A stretch of DNA of 61,027 bases, the filler included, from Chloroflexota bacterium (GTDB lineage: Bacteria; Chloroflexota; Chloroflexia; QHBQ01), in the NCBI GenBank assembly GCA_043754535.1. It is 5 parts of 4 records of this genome, joined end to end, with 100 filler letters (N's around TTAATTAATTAA, not from the genome) between each part and the next. Parts side by side here need not be neighbours in the genome. Positions count along the whole stretch, not along the records: positions 51,159 to 61,027 come from JAYUUN010000096.1; 4 more parts are not named here. One strand, 5' to 3'. The notes beneath the pieces were generated by a model. The model was not told the DNA's origin and ran no database searches. It saw only the letters and a list, made by a program, of their open reading frames with translations. Within the stretch, counting starts at the first letter, position 1, and every line of letters starts with the position of its first letter. Of the stretch, positions 59,083-61,027 are shown piece by piece. A program made the translations under genes and the position numbers.

Positions 59083-59144
59083 CCCCAGTCGCCAGAACCT
59101 CCCGCCGTTTCGTCCCTCATAATAACAGTTTAAGGAGAGATTTC

Positions 59145-59495
59145 ATGCAGAACCAACTACTGGTCACTACCGGGTTCGACTTCTCAGGTTTCGAGGTGGT
59201 GCGCTACCTCGGCATCGTGCGCGGCATCACCGTGCGCTCGCGCAGCGTCTTTGGGCAGATCGGCGCGGGCTTCCAACAGATGGTTGGTGGCAACATCAGC
59301 CTCTACACCGAACTGTGCGAACACGCCCGCCAGGAAGCCTTCGACCTGATGATGCAACACGCCGCCCAGACCGGCGCGAACGCCGTGATCGGGATGCGCT
59401 ACGACGCAAACGAGGTCGCCCAGGGTGCTACCGAAGTGCTGGCCTATGGCACGGCAGTGGTGATCCAGCCGGTAGCCCGCAAGCAGATGGGTTGA
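59145..59495 (+). CDS. YbjQ/UPF0145 family protein
   Basis: YLGIVRG, AR.EAF..M..HA..GANAVIGMRYD, EVLAYGTAV. Confidence 0.92.
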   Translation: MQNQLLVTTGFDFSGFEVVRYLGIVRGITVRSRSVFGQIGAGFQQMVGGNISLYTELCEHARQEAFDLMMQHAAQTGANAVIGMRYDANEVAQGATEVLAYGTAVVIQPVARKQMG

Positions 59496-59718
59496 GCTGC
59501 CGTTCCCTCTACGTACTGTCTGGAGTTGAGAGCAGCTAGCGGATAGCTAGTTGGGTGAGCGGCTGTTTAGCTGTGGGGCTAATCTGCCCTCTTATCCACA
59601 GCGATGGGCTGCCCAGCTTCTATCCGCTTCTACGCATCTACCAACCGTGGCGGCAACCCCAAACGGTTTGCCCCTACCCCCCTTGCCAATCACGGCTAGA
59701 TAAGTTAAACTTCAGCTT

Positions 59719-61027
59719 ATGGCACAAGCACGTCAGAATGGTAATAGTGATCGCGGCAGGCTGCGCGAATCGGCGCAGGAGCAGCCTGAGCGCAAGAAGG
59801 TGATCAAGTTTAGCAACGTCAGCAAGCGATTTGTGCTGCACCATGAGCGGCCCAACAGCTTCCAGGGGATGCTCACCAGCCTATTTGGGCGGCGCACCGA
59901 CGCACTGACGCGGCGGGGGGCTGCTGCTGGCCCACGCAACGAGACCTTCTGGGCCTTGCGCGAGGCCAACTTTGGCATCTACGCAGGCGAGGCGGTTGGC
60001 ATCATCGGCGAGAACGGCAGTGGCAAGTCTACCACCCTCAAGCTAGTGACCCGCATTCTCACCCCCACCAGTGGCACCGTCACTGTGGATGGGCGCGTCT
60101 CCGCCTTGCTCGAACTGGGCGCGGGCTTCCACCACGACCTGACCGGGCGCGAGAACGTCTACCTCAATGGCAGTTTGCTCGGCTTCAGCCGCAAGCAGAT
60201 GGACGGCAAGTTGGAGCAGATCATCGACTTCTCCGAACTGCGCCAGTTTATCGATACCCCAGTCAAGCACTACTCCTCTGGTATGTACATGAGGCTGGGC
60301 TTCGCGGTGGCGATCAGCATGGAGCCAGACATCCTGATTACCGACGAGGTGTTGGCTGTCGGCGACGAAGACTTCCAGCGCAAGTGTTTGGCAAAGATTG
60401 GCGACTTCCGACGGGCGGGCAAGACGATCATCTTCGTCTCCCACGCCCTGGAAGCAGTGCGTGGCCTGTGCAGCCGCGCGATCTGGATTGACCACGGCCA
60501 TGTGCGTGAGGACGGCCCAGCCTCGGATGTGGTGGACAAGTACCTGCACTTCAGCAATGAGAAGCAGCGCAACCGCCTGGCTGAGGAGAGCCGCCACCAC
60601 AGCGGTCCTGTACCCCTGCCCAGCGCACTTGAGGGTGAGCAGGAGCAAGCACAGGAGCTGGTGGTAGAGGATCGCAGGCTGGGGCCGCCGCCGATTGGTT
60701 CAGCCAATCGCTGGGGCAACCAGGAGGCACAGATCAGTGGCGTGTACTTCATTGACAGCAAGGGTAAGCAGCAGAGCCTCTACCAGACTGGTGACGAGAT
60801 GACGATCCGCATCGCTTACGATGCTCCGCAGCAGGTAGCATTGCCCACCTTTGGGCTGGCGATCTACAAGCTGGGGCAGGTGCAGGTTAATGGCCCGAAC
60901 AACAAGTTTGCTCACGCTCCTATCCCCTACATCCACGGTAAGGGCTACGTGGATTATAAGATCGCCAAGCTGCCGCTGCTGGAGGGCCACTTTGATGTTG
61001 CCGTTTCGATCTATGACAACGAACTGA
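59719..61027 (+). CDS. wzt: polysaccharide ABC transporter ATPase with Wzt C-terminal domain, runs off the window (not in ORF track)
   Basis: Open frame from ATG 59719: FWALRE, GENGSGKST, LLELGAGF, YSSGMYMRLGF, DEVLAVGD..FQRK, VSH, RWGN. Confidence 0.9.
   Translation, partial: MAQARQNGNSDRGRLRESAQEQPERKKVIKFSNVSKRFVLHHERPNSFQGMLTSLFGRRTDALTRRGAAAGPRNETFWALREANFGIYAGEAVGIIGENGSGKSTTLKLVTRILTPTSGTVTVDGRVSALLELGAGFHHDLTGRENVYLNGSLLGFSRKQMDGKLEQIIDFSELRQFIDTPVKHYSSGMYMRLGFAVAISMEPDILITDEVLAVGDEDFQRKCLAKIGDFRRAGKTIIFVSHALEAVRGLCSRAIWIDHGHVREDGPASDVVDKYLHFSNEKQRNRLAEESRHHSGPVPLPSALEGEQEQAQELVVEDRRLGPPPIGSANRWGNQEAQISGVYFIDSKGKQQSLYQTGDEMTIRIAYDAPQQVALPTFGLAIYKLGQVQVNGPNNKFAHAPIPYIHGKGYVDYKIAKLPLLEGHFDVAVSIYDNEL

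Overview
GC-rich bacterial DNA, most likely Chloroflexota (inferred from gene families and regulatory motifs, not from a search). The window is five unlinked contigs joined by artificial 100-nt N/TTAATTAATTAA/N linkers at 10080, 20245, 39934 and 51059, so adjacency across those points is meaningless. Most content is housekeeping: two ptb paralogs, cbs, minCDE, murT-gatD, PBP2, murA, pgeF, P450, MarR-RND, menA, rlmB, nrdR-nrdJ, mraZ-rsmH-ftsL, mutS and wzt. The most unusual items are: (1) an ECF sigma factor followed by a 1605-aa zinc-finger anti-sigma fused to Ig-like domains and a thioester-less alpha-2-macroglobulin; (2) an HTH-NB-ARC-TPR (STAND) gene divergent from a ubiquitin-like/degenerate-JAB fusion and an unannotated 57-aa secreted peptide; (3) four hairpins sharing an AGGGGCCAUC apex in the mraZ leader; (4) a putative LexA-controlled operon with a degenerate FtsK ATPase; (5) a perfect CIRCE before a zinc-ribbon protein with an AEGK-repeat tail; (6) a candidate orphan structured RNA near nrdJ. 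All family calls come from motif recognition by eye.
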